A stretch of DNA of 32,000 nucleotides from Desulfotalea psychrophila LSv54 (GTDB taxonomy: Bacteria; Desulfobacterota; Desulfobulbia; Desulfobulbales; Desulfocapsaceae). Where the stretch lies: the NCBI RefSeq assembly GCF_000025945.1, contig NC_006138.1, positions 570,001 through 602,000 on the forward strand, in the 5' to 3' direction. Of the stretch, positions 10,768 through 19,776 are shown piece after piece (the stretch's first letter is position 1; each line of letters starts with the position of its first letter). The notes under the pieces were generated by a model. That model was not told where the DNA came from. It worked only from the letters and a program-made list of their open reading frames with translations, and ran no database searches. The position numbers were made by a program, and so were the translations under genes.

Positions 10768-11124
10768 CTAAAGTGCCAGTTCCTTATGATGGGATTTAAT
10801 TTCCGAGATAAGGGCATCCTGATAGAGGACATTACGCAGGGCCCGAAAGATAAAATAACCACCCAAACAGACCAACATAAGAAGAATACCAATAAGGGGA
10901 ATTAAAAACGAGATAACCCCCATTATATGATAGTATCGTGAGGTTGCTACAAGCAGACTCAAGATAGAGAGGGGAAGCGCCAAGGTTGCAATCCCAGTCC
11001 TCATCAAAGCCAGCGAGGTACGCTTTTCAGCAAGAATCAGCTGGATATTTCTTGCCGCAATGGTACTGCTACGTCTCTCAGCTTCACCTTTCTCAACTTC
11101 GACCATCTGTTCCATAATAATCAC
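10768..11124 (-). CDS. DUF202-like small membrane protein, paralogue of the 10176-10625 product
   Basis: AEKRTSLALMRTGIATLALPLSILSLLVATSRYYH aligns closely with the neighbouring protein. Confidence 0.6.
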   Translation of the reverse strand: MIIMEQMVEVEKGEAERRSSTIAARNIQLILAEKRTSLALMRTGIATLALPLSILSLLVATSRYYHIMGVISFLIPLIGILLMLVCLGGYFIFRALRNVLYQDALISEIKSHHKELAL

Positions 11125-11361
11125 ATCCTAAAGCTATCCCTTCCCCCTTATCTATTGATGAGATAAGAATTATCAGAGTTTAGGGTAGAGGCTCGCGGTT
11201 GGGAAGTCTCTCGCTCAGATACAGGGGGTATTACTGGGAGGTTATACCGAGGCCACATCTCTAGCATATTGGCCTATAAAAAATCAATAGTATTTACCAG
11301 TTAAAATTTTTCCCTAGGGGAAAAAACCCTCCGATCCAGCGACTCTCTCTCCACCTCCCCC

Positions 11362-11940
11362 TTGTTTTCCCTCTATACTCAGCATAAACTGATGAATACC
11401 CTAAAAAATCAAACCCTACCGTTGAGAATAATTATGAAGAGAGACTTCTACCAATTTTCAGCAACAAACCTGCAGGGCCAGAAGATAGCCATGAAGGAGT
11501 ATCGGGGCAAGGTGATGCTGGTGGTAAACACCGCCAGTAAATGCGCCCTGAGCTCGCAACTCAGGGGCTTAGAGATACTTTATAAGAAATACGCCCCACT
11601 AGGATTTGTGGTTCTGGGTTTTCCCTGCAATCAATTCACCCCTCAGGAATCCAGAGACGCGCAGAACATTGCCGAAGAGTACCTCCTCAACTACGGTGCC
11701 TCCTTTCCCCTCTTCACCAAAACAGAGGTCGTTGGCAAGGGAGCCCACCCCCTCTTCTCCTATCTGGAAAATAGATTAGAGGGCATAATGGGTCCCGACA
11801 TTAAATGGAACTTCACAAAATTCCTCATCGACCACAGGGGAGATCCGGTAAAGAGGTTTGCCCCCATCACCGCCCCAGCTATAATCGCCCCGGATATAGA
11901 AATACTCCTATCTGCGCAGAGCACTGCAGGCGAGCAATAG
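11362..11940 (+). CDS. Glutathione peroxidase family protein (Cys type)
   Basis: GKVMLVVNTASKCALSSQLRGLEILYKKY, LGFPCNQFTPQES and WNFTKFLID match GPx signatures. The start may be the internal Met of MKRDFYQFSATN. Confidence 0.88.
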   Translation: MFSLYTQHKLMNTLKNQTLPLRIIMKRDFYQFSATNLQGQKIAMKEYRGKVMLVVNTASKCALSSQLRGLEILYKKYAPLGFVVLGFPCNQFTPQESRDAQNIAEEYLLNYGASFPLFTKTEVVGKGAHPLFSYLENRLEGIMGPDIKWNFTKFLIDHRGDPVKRFAPITAPAIIAPDIEILLSAQSTAGEQ

Positions 11941-12516
11941 CTATTCTATATCCAGATCGTATTTGCTGAGCAGGCCATCCAACCCCATCATGGAAAATTT
12001 TGCCTTTTTCAGCCTGTTGGCATCGGGATCTATGCAGAAGTAGAAGGCAGAACGAAAATCGGCCTTTATCAGAGTCGTACCCTCAAAGGCAGCGCCCTGC
12101 AGATCACAGTCGGCAAAAAGCGCCGCCGTCAGATTTGCCCCGACAAAATCCACCTCTTCAAGCCGACAGTCCCGAAAGCTGGTCTTCTGGATCTCCAATC
12201 CCCGAAAGGAAGAGAAATCAAGAATACAGGTATCAAAGGAGAAGGAGATAAGAAAGGAGTTACAGAGGTCAAAACGCATCCCCAGTAACTTACAGTCCTT
12301 AAACGCCACGTCCCGAAGGGTAACACCATCGATCTTGGCCGAGGAAAGATCGCAATTTTCAAAACGACAGTTAATAAAAACAGAGCCAGCCAGAGAGGCA
12401 GAGGCCCAGTTACAAGCGGTAAAGAGACAACCTTCATATTCGGCGAGAGGAAAACTCATCTCCCGAAAATCCTGCTGCTCAAAAATTTGTTCTTCTATAT
12501 ATTTCATACTATCCAC
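11941..12516 (-). CDS. Pentapeptide-repeat protein
   Basis: Repeated A(D/N)LXX/F-type pentapeptides (FINCRFENCDLSSAKI, VDFVGANLTAALFADCDLQGAAFEGTTLIKADF). Confidence 0.85.
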   Translation of the reverse strand: MDSMKYIEEQIFEQQDFREMSFPLAEYEGCLFTACNWASASLAGSVFINCRFENCDLSSAKIDGVTLRDVAFKDCKLLGMRFDLCNSFLISFSFDTCILDFSSFRGLEIQKTSFRDCRLEEVDFVGANLTAALFADCDLQGAAFEGTTLIKADFRSAFYFCIDPDANRLKKAKFSMMGLDGLLSKYDLDIE

Positions 12517-12549
12517 AGAGCCAGGGGTAATCTTAACAATTACCCCTAA

Positions 12550-13032
12550 TTATTTTAAAATCCCAGCTTTCGCATCCACGCCATTTATTTTAGCAAAAAG
12601 CGCATTCATCATAGAGTCAATTCGTAGTGAAGCTTTACCAAATTTACTCGGGCTGGCCGTTACCTCTGGAACCTCATATCTTGCTTCGCCAACTCTCTGC
12701 CCCCCATAAAAGGCATCTATCCTCGCATCTTCCAGATAGAGAGCCATGTCCCAAGTCCAATGCCCTACATACTCCAGAGTTAGTTTCTCAAGGTCATGCC
12801 GAGAACCATCGGCTACAACCTCATAGCGATAATCATGCCTTTGCAACCAGGCCTCTATCGTCTGCAAAAATCCAGCACGGGTTTCTCTATCATCCACCAC
12901 AACAATATTAACTTCCCGGTCCAATTGAGAAATTGGCTGCACAGTATATTGGGGAGCTCCACAGGCAGACAAGAGCATAACGAACAGAGACATAACAAAA
13001 ATTCTAGCCACAAAACACCTCAATAGTTTCAT
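12550..13032 (-). CDS. Small predicted lipoprotein
   Basis: N-terminal signal with lipobox FVMLLSACGAP; the body has no domain I can name confidently. Confidence 0.65.
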   Translation of the reverse strand: MKLLRCFVARIFVMSLFVMLLSACGAPQYTVQPISQLDREVNIVVVDDRETRAGFLQTIEAWLQRHDYRYEVVADGSRHDLEKLTLEYVGHWTWDMALYLEDARIDAFYGGQRVGEARYEVPEVTASPSKFGKASLRIDSMMNALFAKINGVDAKAGILK

Positions 13033-13058
13033 CTTTCATCACTCGGCAAAAGAGAGAG

Positions 13059-13088
13059 ATCCCCTGACAATCTCCCGAAAGGGGATCA
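13059..13088 (-). terminator. Candidate intrinsic terminator downstream of tctA
   Basis: Arms GATCCCC (13059-13065) and GGGGATC (13082-13088). On the minus strand the hairpin is followed by TCTCTCTTTTG, an imperfect U tract. Confidence 0.45.
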
Positions 13089-13098
13089 GACCATTTTC

Positions 13099-14580
13099 CT
13101 AAACAGCTGCTGCCAAGCGACGCTTTTTAATGATCTGCCAAACAGGCGTGGCAATAAGGACAACTATAACAGCCCAAAGGCCCAAGGCCTGGGGACTGGC
13201 AAAGAAGATAGAATAACTACCATGCCCCATAATAAGTGCCTGAGCAAATCCTGTTTCGGCAATAGGACCCAGAATAAGACCGAGAATCAGGGCGCCGAGA
13301 GAGAAACCAGCCCGATGGAGGAGTACCGCTGTAATACCGCAGGCAAGAGCGACAAAGATATCAAAGAGACTGTTATTCATCGCATATGCCCCCAAAACAG
13401 AGAAGAGGCAGACAACAGGGATCAGCAAATTGATCGGGGTCAAGGCAATTTTGGCAAAATAGGGCGCCATGCAGAGGCCCATCACCAGAAAGACCAGATT
13501 GGCCACAAATAGGGAGAGAATAAAGGCATAGGTCATGGTGCCGTGGACGGTAAAGAGATCCGGCCCGGGAATAAGTCCATGGACAAGCAAGCCACCGAGC
13601 AGAGCAGCCGCTACACTGTTACCCGGAATACCCAGGGTAAGGGTGGGGATGAGAGAACCACCGACACAACCATTATTTCCAGCCTCAGCAGCTGCAATCC
13701 CCTCGGGATTGCCATGGCCAAAGAGCTCTTTGTTCTTCGAGCGCTGTCTGGCAATATTATAGGACAAAAAGGCGGCAATGGTTGCCCCCTCGCCCGGCAG
13801 AATACCAACAACCGTGCCCACAATGGACCCGGTACCAATGAACTTAGCAAGACCCTTGGGCATGGGTTCCCTCTTCATCTTGGTCAGCTTACTGGTATCG
13901 GCAACGATATTTTTTTCACCGGTCAGCTCCAACATCTGAGAGATAGAGAAGAGACCAATGAGGGCTGGCATAAAGGCAACCCCGTCAAAAAGATCAGTAA
14001 TGCCTCCAGTATAGCGCAACATCCCCGAAATGGGATCTGTACCCACCACTGCTACAACAAGGCCAAGCAGACCTGAAATAAGCGCCTTGATAAGACGACT
14101 TTCATCCTCAGCCATGGAGACAATTCCCGCCAGACCGAGAAGGGCGAGAAGGAAATATTCCGGTGGACCGAAGCTCAGGGCAAAGGAGGCCAGAATAGGT
14201 GCCACCAGGAGAAGCACCAGGGTGGAAAATGTTCCACCGACAAAACTAGAGATAACAGAAACCTTAAGCGCCAATCCTCCCTGCCCCTTCTGGGTCATGG
14301 GATAGCCCTCAAGAGCGGTGGCAACGGCAGCCGGAGTCCCTGGGGTCCGCAACAGAATAGCAGGAATAGAGCCACCGTACATGGCGCCACAGTAAACACC
14401 ACCCATAAGGAGCAAACCTGTGAGCGGTTCTAAGGCAAAGGTAATGGGGATCAAAAGGGCAACCGCCATGGTAGCTGTAAGTCCGGGCATTCCACCTACC
14501 AGAACACCCGATACTGTACCAATAAACACTGCAAGCAGTGAAATCGGTGTCATGAGTTGAGTAAAGGCATCAACAAGCAT
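13099..14580 (-). CDS. tctA: Tripartite tricarboxylate transporter, large membrane subunit TctA
   Basis: GTVSGVLVGGMPGLTATMAVALLIPITFALEPLTGLLLMGGVYCGAMYGGSIPAILLRTPGTPAAVATALEGYPMTQKG is typical of TctA. Confidence 0.93.
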   Translation of the reverse strand: MLVDAFTQLMTPISLLAVFIGTVSGVLVGGMPGLTATMAVALLIPITFALEPLTGLLLMGGVYCGAMYGGSIPAILLRTPGTPAAVATALEGYPMTQKGQGGLALKVSVISSFVGGTFSTLVLLLVAPILASFALSFGPPEYFLLALLGLAGIVSMAEDESRLIKALISGLLGLVVAVVGTDPISGMLRYTGGITDLFDGVAFMPALIGLFSISQMLELTGEKNIVADTSKLTKMKREPMPKGLAKFIGTGSIVGTVVGILPGEGATIAAFLSYNIARQRSKNKELFGHGNPEGIAAAEAGNNGCVGGSLIPTLTLGIPGNSVAAALLGGLLVHGLIPGPDLFTVHGTMTYAFILSLFVANLVFLVMGLCMAPYFAKIALTPINLLIPVVCLFSVLGAYAMNNSLFDIFVALACGITAVLLHRAGFSLGALILGLILGPIAETGFAQALIMGHGSYSIFFASPQALGLWAVIVVLIATPVWQIIKKRRLAAAV

Positions 14581-14601
14581 TATTTTCCTCGTTCGGATCG
14601 A

Positions 14602-15054
14602 TTAGGTAAACCAGATACGCTCTGGCAGAGGCACTGAAAGTAGTTGTTCAAAGACAAGGTAGACAAAGAACAGCACTCCTGCTGATGTCAGGACAATACC
14701 TAGCTTTTTACGGGCGCCGAGGGTGATCATGCCCGCAGGAAGAAACAGGGCTGAGGCCATATAGAAACCAAGGGGTTCCAGGGCAACTGAATAGAGAAGA
14801 AGAAGGGCCAAAATCCCCCAAAAACGGAGCGGTGCCTTGCTGATAATGACCTTATCTCTTCCCGCACCTACCTTTGAGAGGCAGAGAAAAAATTCAGCCG
14901 CACAGAGCAGACCAAGTGACAGGGCAAGGAAACGAACATAGTTAGCCGTTGAACCCTGTACGCTCTCAGGATAACTTGCCGTGCTTCTATAAAGAAGCAC
15001 GGCAAGAATCAAGAAGGCGCCTAGAAATAATAGTTCCATTGCGCGTTTTGACAT
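14602..15054 (-). CDS. tctB: Tripartite tricarboxylate transporter, small membrane subunit TctB
   Basis: About 150 aa, four hydrophobic segments, located between tctA and tctC. Confidence 0.8.
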   Translation of the reverse strand: MSKRAMELLFLGAFLILAVLLYRSTASYPESVQGSTANYVRFLALSLGLLCAAEFFLCLSKVGAGRDKVIISKAPLRFWGILALLLLYSVALEPLGFYMASALFLPAGMITLGARKKLGIVLTSAGVLFFVYLVFEQLLSVPLPERIWFT

Positions 15055-15060
15055 AGCTCT

Positions 15061-16002
15061 CTACCAGGGATTGTTATCATAGAAAGATTGGGTTTCTGCT
15101 TTAAGCTCTAGCAAATACTTAAGATATTCAGCACCATTCAGGGGCCAAAGAGTAAAGACCTGCTTGGTGCACTCGGCAATGAAGGTGGGATCTTTTTGCA
15201 CCTGAGCAAGAAGGTCATCAAGCTTGGCAAGAATTGCAGGATCAACCTGAGCAGGGGCAACAAAACCACGGGTGGCGGTCATGGTTACCTCAAAACCCTG
15301 CTCGATTGCAGTTGGAACGTCAGCAATAATCGGAGAACGACTCCCATCAAGAATAGCAATAATACGCGCCTTGCCAGCCTTATGCTGCGCCTGCAGCTGA
15401 GAGAGATTCATGATACTTGCATCAACGTGGGCGCCAAGAATCATTGCCTTTTGCTCGGTTGAGCCCTTGGTTGGCATAAGGTTAAATTTTATGTCTGCCA
15501 TTTTCTCAATCTTTTTGGCCGCAATAAAGTCATCGGAACCAATGCCGTTTACAGCAGTGGTAAGACTACCTGCCTTGGCGGCCTTAATGAACTGGGACAT
15601 ATTGGTGATATTGCTATCGGTGGGCACGGCAACAATCAAAGGATCCTGCATAACGTTACCCATTACATGAAAGCTATCAAGGGTATAACGGGCGCGCTTG
15701 GAAACAATGTGAGCCACAACCTGGGTGGTAAAAACCATACCAATGGTATGTCCATTTGCCTTGGCTCGGGCAATTTCTTCAAAACCCTTTTGACCACCAG
15801 AACCAGGAACATTCTTGATGACAAAGTTTGCCTCAGGCCAGAATTTCTTGGCTGATTGAATAAAGAGACGGGCAGAAGCATCGGTGGAGCCACCGGCCTT
15901 GGAAGGAACAATAATAGTAATAGGTTTCTTACCAGGATAGTCCTTGGCAAGAGCGGGCATGGCAAACATCAAAATAGCCAACAAAATCAAAATCTTCTTC
16001 AT
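15061..16002 (-). CDS. tctC: Tripartite tricarboxylate transporter substrate-binding protein TctC (Bug family)
   Basis: Signal peptide; PGKKPITIIVPSKAGGSTDASARLF and NVPGSGGQKGFEEIARAKANGHTIG match Bug/TctC proteins. Confidence 0.9.
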   Translation of the reverse strand: MKKILILLAILMFAMPALAKDYPGKKPITIIVPSKAGGSTDASARLFIQSAKKFWPEANFVIKNVPGSGGQKGFEEIARAKANGHTIGMVFTTQVVAHIVSKRARYTLDSFHVMGNVMQDPLIVAVPTDSNITNMSQFIKAAKAGSLTTAVNGIGSDDFIAAKKIEKMADIKFNLMPTKGSTEQKAMILGAHVDASIMNLSQLQAQHKAGKARIIAILDGSRSPIIADVPTAIEQGFEVTMTATRGFVAPAQVDPAILAKLDDLLAQVQKDPTFIAECTKQVFTLWPLNGAEYLKYLLELKAETQSFYDNNPW

Positions 16003-16273
16003 AAACTTTCTCCTTAAAATTTAATAAAAACACCATATATTATAGTCTAAAACGATAAGACACATTGTAAAAGGGTCTTCTATGTACAGGTCGGCAGGAG
16101 GCTTGTCAATACTGCCACTCTATAATGAGAAACAATATTTAATTAAAGCAAAATAGATGTATATTAGCGTGAGTTGTTGCTATTTACTTATAACATATCA
16201 TTGAGTAGGCTAAGGTCATTACTACCTCAAAAAAATTTAGCACCCCTTAACACTAAACACAATTAAAAATATC

Positions 16274-16867
16274 ATGGATTTTATCTTCCCCCTTATCAGT
16301 TACCTATTGGGAGCAATCCCCTTTGGACTCCTTATCGGCAAGCTTGCAGGCCGAGATGTTCGCCTCGAAGGCAGCAAAAACATCGGTGCCACAAACGTCA
16401 GTCGCATACTTGGCAAAAAGCTTGGTTTTGCCACCCTCCTCTGCGACAGCCTCAAGGGTTTCCTACCAATGGTTCTGGCGGCAACCCTTTTACCATCTTC
16501 AGAAAACAGAGAACTCATTGTCTGCCTCTCGGGAGTAATGGGCGTCCTTGGCCATATGTTTCCCGTCTACCTGGGATTCAAGGGAGGCAAGGGAGTGGCC
16601 ACGGGGCTGGGAGTTTTCCTCTTTCTCTCTCCAGCAGCAATTGCCATCAGCCTCGGAGTTTTTGCGGCCTCTGTTTTTTTCTCAGGATTTGTCTCGGTGG
16701 GATCGCTACTGGCCTCAGGACTTATCCCCCTCTGGCTCTATCTGCTCGGTGCCTCTCAACTAAAGATTATCACCGCAGGATTTGTGGCTCTGCTTATCTG
16801 GATTAAACATAGAAAAAATATCAAACGATTGATGACCGGTACAGAAAAGAGCTGGAAGAAGAAATAG
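16274..16867 (+). CDS. plsY: Glycerol-3-phosphate acyltransferase PlsY
   Basis: YLLGAIPFGLLIGKLAGRDVRLEGSKNIGATNVSRILGKKLG and GHMFPVYLGFKGGKGVATGLG are PlsY signatures. Confidence 0.94.
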   Translation: MDFIFPLISYLLGAIPFGLLIGKLAGRDVRLEGSKNIGATNVSRILGKKLGFATLLCDSLKGFLPMVLAATLLPSSENRELIVCLSGVMGVLGHMFPVYLGFKGGKGVATGLGVFLFLSPAAIAISLGVFAASVFFSGFVSVGSLLASGLIPLWLYLLGASQLKIITAGFVALLIWIKHRKNIKRLMTGTEKSWKKK

Positions 16868-16902
16868 GCCAAAATTACAGAAGATGCATCGGTAATTTTG
16901 CC
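16867..16902. terminator. Candidate bidirectional terminator between convergent plsY and the regulator gene
   Basis: AAAATTAC (16871-16878) pairs with GTAATTTT (16892-16899). The hairpin lies exactly between the two convergent stop codons. Confidence 0.35.
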
Positions 16903-16926
16903 AAGGTCAACATGAGCAAAATAAGC

Positions 16927-18318
16927 CTAAGAGCTTATCCCGTATTTTTTTACCTTTCGGGAAAGAGTCGAACGTTCTACCTTAAAGACCTTGGCCAGGC
17001 TTGAGATAGAATCATGATTCTGCATGCCATAGCGTATGGCCTCTTTCTCCACCGCCTCCATAATATCCTTGAGACTTTTACCACGAAAAAATTTTTCCAA
17101 ATGAAGATCTAAGCCAGCCACCTGCTCACCTTGATCTATATCTCCCCCCTGGCCCCTGTGAATATCCTGTATGGCAAGAGGAAGATCTGCCAGACCAATG
17201 GCTTCATTCTCACAGCTTACCACCAGGCTGAGTATGATGTTTTCAAGTTCCCAAACATTACCTGGCCACTGATAGAGAGACATTGCCTCTTCAACTTCAG
17301 GCAACAAACGGAGCCTACGCTGGTACTGAAGACAAAATCTTTCGAAAAACATATGCGCAAGCGGAATTATATCGACCTTACGTTCACGCAGTGGCGGGAT
17401 ATGAGAAACAGCAACTCGCAGACGATAAAAAAGATCCTGCCTGAAACGCCCCGCCTTCACCTCTTCCTCTAAATTCCGACGGGTTCCGGCAATAATACGC
17501 ACATCGCCTCGTCCATCCTGAAGTGCCTCTAGCAGGCGACTCTGGAGGGGGAGAGGCAGTTCACCAATTCCATCCAGAAAAAGAGTGCCATGCTCGGCAG
17601 CCGTTAAAAACCCCACGCTATCCCCAATATCTATACCTGAAAACTTCTTCGATACTTGATCGACTAGCTCTGACTCTTCAAAATTCTCAGCAATATGGGT
17701 ACAATCAATTTTAAAGAATTTTTTGTCCCGACGGGGACTCATTTCATGTATTTTTCTGGCGAGAATATCCTTGCCTACCCCTGGCTCTCCCAATAACAAA
17801 ATTGTTGCATCGGTGCTCGCTACCCACTCAAGTCTCTGTAAGAGATCCAACATCCCCGAACTCTGAGCCACCAAACGATGCTCTTTAGAGAGAAGTTCCT
17901 CTTTGACCTTGCTGGCCCGCTCGCCCCGACCTGCCTCGGAGCTGTGGGTGACATCACGCACAAAGGTCACCACAAGCTCTACTTCTCCATGGACATCAAA
18001 CAGAGGATGCTCCGCAAGCAGAATCTTCTTGTCACCAACAAGCTGCACGCTGCTGAAGCTCTCACCCGTCCGCACAATTCCAGCATGCTCTACGCCAACA
18101 AAGATACCATCTGCATCAAGGTCATAGACACTCCTGGCCAAAAGATCCTCAGCACGAAGCCCCATCAGCTCTTCGTAGGCCCTATTCAGAGCAAGGGTGA
18201 TTCCCTCTCGATTAGTTATATACAGACCATCAGTGCATAAATTAAAAATTCCAGAGAGATTGTCAGCAATGCGTTGACGATATTCGGGACAAATATATTT
18301 TGAAATTAAACCGGCCAT
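16927..18318 (-). CDS. PAS-AAA+-HTH bacterial enhancer-binding-like regulator with non-canonical AAA+ motifs
   Basis: N-terminal PAS-like region (NLSGIFNLCTDGLYITNREGITLALNRAYEELMG), Walker A LLLGEPGVGKDILAR, FRQDLFYRLRVAVSHIPPLRERK, YQWPGNVWELENII, C-terminal Fis/HTH SSLAKVFKVERSTLSRKVKKYGI. GAFTGA is replaced by KKFSGI and Walker B reads FLDGIGE. Confidence 0.85.
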   Translation of the reverse strand: MAGLISKYICPEYRQRIADNLSGIFNLCTDGLYITNREGITLALNRAYEELMGLRAEDLLARSVYDLDADGIFVGVEHAGIVRTGESFSSVQLVGDKKILLAEHPLFDVHGEVELVVTFVRDVTHSSEAGRGERASKVKEELLSKEHRLVAQSSGMLDLLQRLEWVASTDATILLLGEPGVGKDILARKIHEMSPRRDKKFFKIDCTHIAENFEESELVDQVSKKFSGIDIGDSVGFLTAAEHGTLFLDGIGELPLPLQSRLLEALQDGRGDVRIIAGTRRNLEEEVKAGRFRQDLFYRLRVAVSHIPPLRERKVDIIPLAHMFFERFCLQYQRRLRLLPEVEEAMSLYQWPGNVWELENIILSLVVSCENEAIGLADLPLAIQDIHRGQGGDIDQGEQVAGLDLHLEKFFRGKSLKDIMEAVEKEAIRYGMQNHDSISSLAKVFKVERSTLSRKVKKYGISS

Positions 18319-18470
18319 AAGAACCTAAAGATAAAATACAGCCTCTGCATCTTCCACAGGAGACTTTAAGAGAAAAGGATGCCAGAACAACTAACATAAA
18401 AGCAGGCTTCCATCCACAAAAACTGCCTTAAAATGCGAAAATACGAATAAGCACAGACTTATAAAAGATT

Positions 18471-18513
18471 AAAAAAAAGCCCCTATCTTCTGTTCTCACA
18501 GAGGCTAGGGGCT
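18471..18513 (-). terminator. Intrinsic terminator downstream of ald copy A
   Basis: Arms AGCCCCTA (18478-18485) and TAGGGGCT (18506-18513), with internal CTTCTG/CACAGAG pairing. On the minus strand it runs into a T8 tract. Confidence 0.85.
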
Positions 18514-18600
18514 AAAACAAAAACTCTACCAGATTGGTGGGGCAGGAGATCCTCCCCCGCCTCTATGCCAATAGGGCCTAATCTGTTTTTGAGGTATTCT

Positions 18601-19716
18601 CTATGCGAGAACCTCTTCTACTGGGGTGTAAGGCATGTCGAATGCATCACATACACCTTTGAAGGTAAGTTTTCCTTCGTGTACGTTCAAACCAAGTGCA
18701 AGAGCGTGGTTGTCCTGACATGCTTTTTTCCAACCTTTGTTTGCAAGTTGTACTGCAAATGGGAGGGTTGCATTGGTAAGAGCCATGGTAGAGGTCAAAG
18801 GTACTGCGCCAGGGATGTTAGCAACACAGTAATGAACGATCTCGTCTACAACGTAGGTAGGATCGGTGTGAGTGGTAGGCTTAGAGGTCTCAAAACAACC
18901 ACCTTGATCGATAGCAACATCAACAATAGCAGTCTTAGGACGCATAAGTTTAAGATCTGCGCGGGTAAGTACTGAAGGAGCCTTAGCGCCTGGGATAAGT
19001 ACCGCACCAACCACAAGGTCAACCTGTGGAAGAAGCTCGTGGATAGCAGCTTTAGAAGACATGATGGTGGTACAGTTAGCAGGCATTACATCTTCAAGAT
19101 AACGAAGACGATCAAGGTTGATGTCAAGAAGGTAAACTTGAGCGCCAAGTCCACAAGCCATCTTAGCAGCCTGAACACCAACAACACCACCACCGATAAC
19201 CATGATTTTAGCTGGAGCAACACCCGGTACACCACCGATGAGTTTGCCAATTCCGCCGTTTACAGCCTCGAGAGCCTTAGCACCCTGCTGAATTGCCATA
19301 CGACCAGCAACCTCAGACATTGGGGTAAGAAGAGGAAGTGAACGATCTGCCATTTGAACAGTCTCGTAAGCGATACAGGTAGCGCCAGATGCAACCAAAC
19401 CATCGGTTTGTGGCTTATCTGCTGCCAAGTGAAGGTAAGTGAAAACGATTTGACCTTTACGGATCATTGCGTACTCAGAAGGCTGTGGCTCTTTAACGTG
19501 CATTACCATATCAGCTTTTGCATAAACATCTGCAGCTGCATCAATGATGGTAGCGCCTGCTGCTACGTATTCTGCATCAGAGAAACTAGAACCAAGACCA
19601 GCACCTTTCTCTACAATTACATCGTGACCATTAGCTACCATGGTTACAACTCCGCCAGGGGTCATACAAACACGATCTTCTTTGATTTTAATTTCTTTTA
19701 AGATACCTACAATCAT
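18601..19716 (-). CDS. ald: Alanine dehydrogenase (copy A)
   Basis: MIVGILKEIKIKEDRVCMTPGGVVTMVANGHDVIVEKGAGLGSSFSDAEYVAAGA, VMHVKEPQPSEY, MVIGGGVVGVQAAKMACGLGAQVYLLDINLDRL; 371 aa. Confidence 0.95.
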   Translation of the reverse strand: MIVGILKEIKIKEDRVCMTPGGVVTMVANGHDVIVEKGAGLGSSFSDAEYVAAGATIIDAAADVYAKADMVMHVKEPQPSEYAMIRKGQIVFTYLHLAADKPQTDGLVASGATCIAYETVQMADRSLPLLTPMSEVAGRMAIQQGAKALEAVNGGIGKLIGGVPGVAPAKIMVIGGGVVGVQAAKMACGLGAQVYLLDINLDRLRYLEDVMPANCTTIMSSKAAIHELLPQVDLVVGAVLIPGAKAPSVLTRADLKLMRPKTAIVDVAIDQGGCFETSKPTTHTDPTYVVDEIVHYCVANIPGAVPLTSTMALTNATLPFAVQLANKGWKKACQDNHALALGLNVHEGKLTFKGVCDAFDMPYTPVEEVLA

Positions 19717-19742
19717 TTTACTTCTCCTAAATTATTAACGTA

Positions 19743-19776
19743 TATAAATAACTGCTACTTATAAATGGGTACTACT
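19743..19776. repeat. 17-bp tandem duplication in the tpa-ald intergenic region of copy A only
   Basis: TATAAATAACTGCTACT followed by TATAAATGGGTACTACT. Copy B has a single unit, TATAAATGAATATTACT, which explains the 17-bp length difference. Confidence 0.8.

Noticed and set aside
13543-14076. 177-aa plus-strand ORF antisense to tctA
   Set aside because: Fully inside tctA, with no domain; treated as a shadow ORF, like others over sbcC and tctA.
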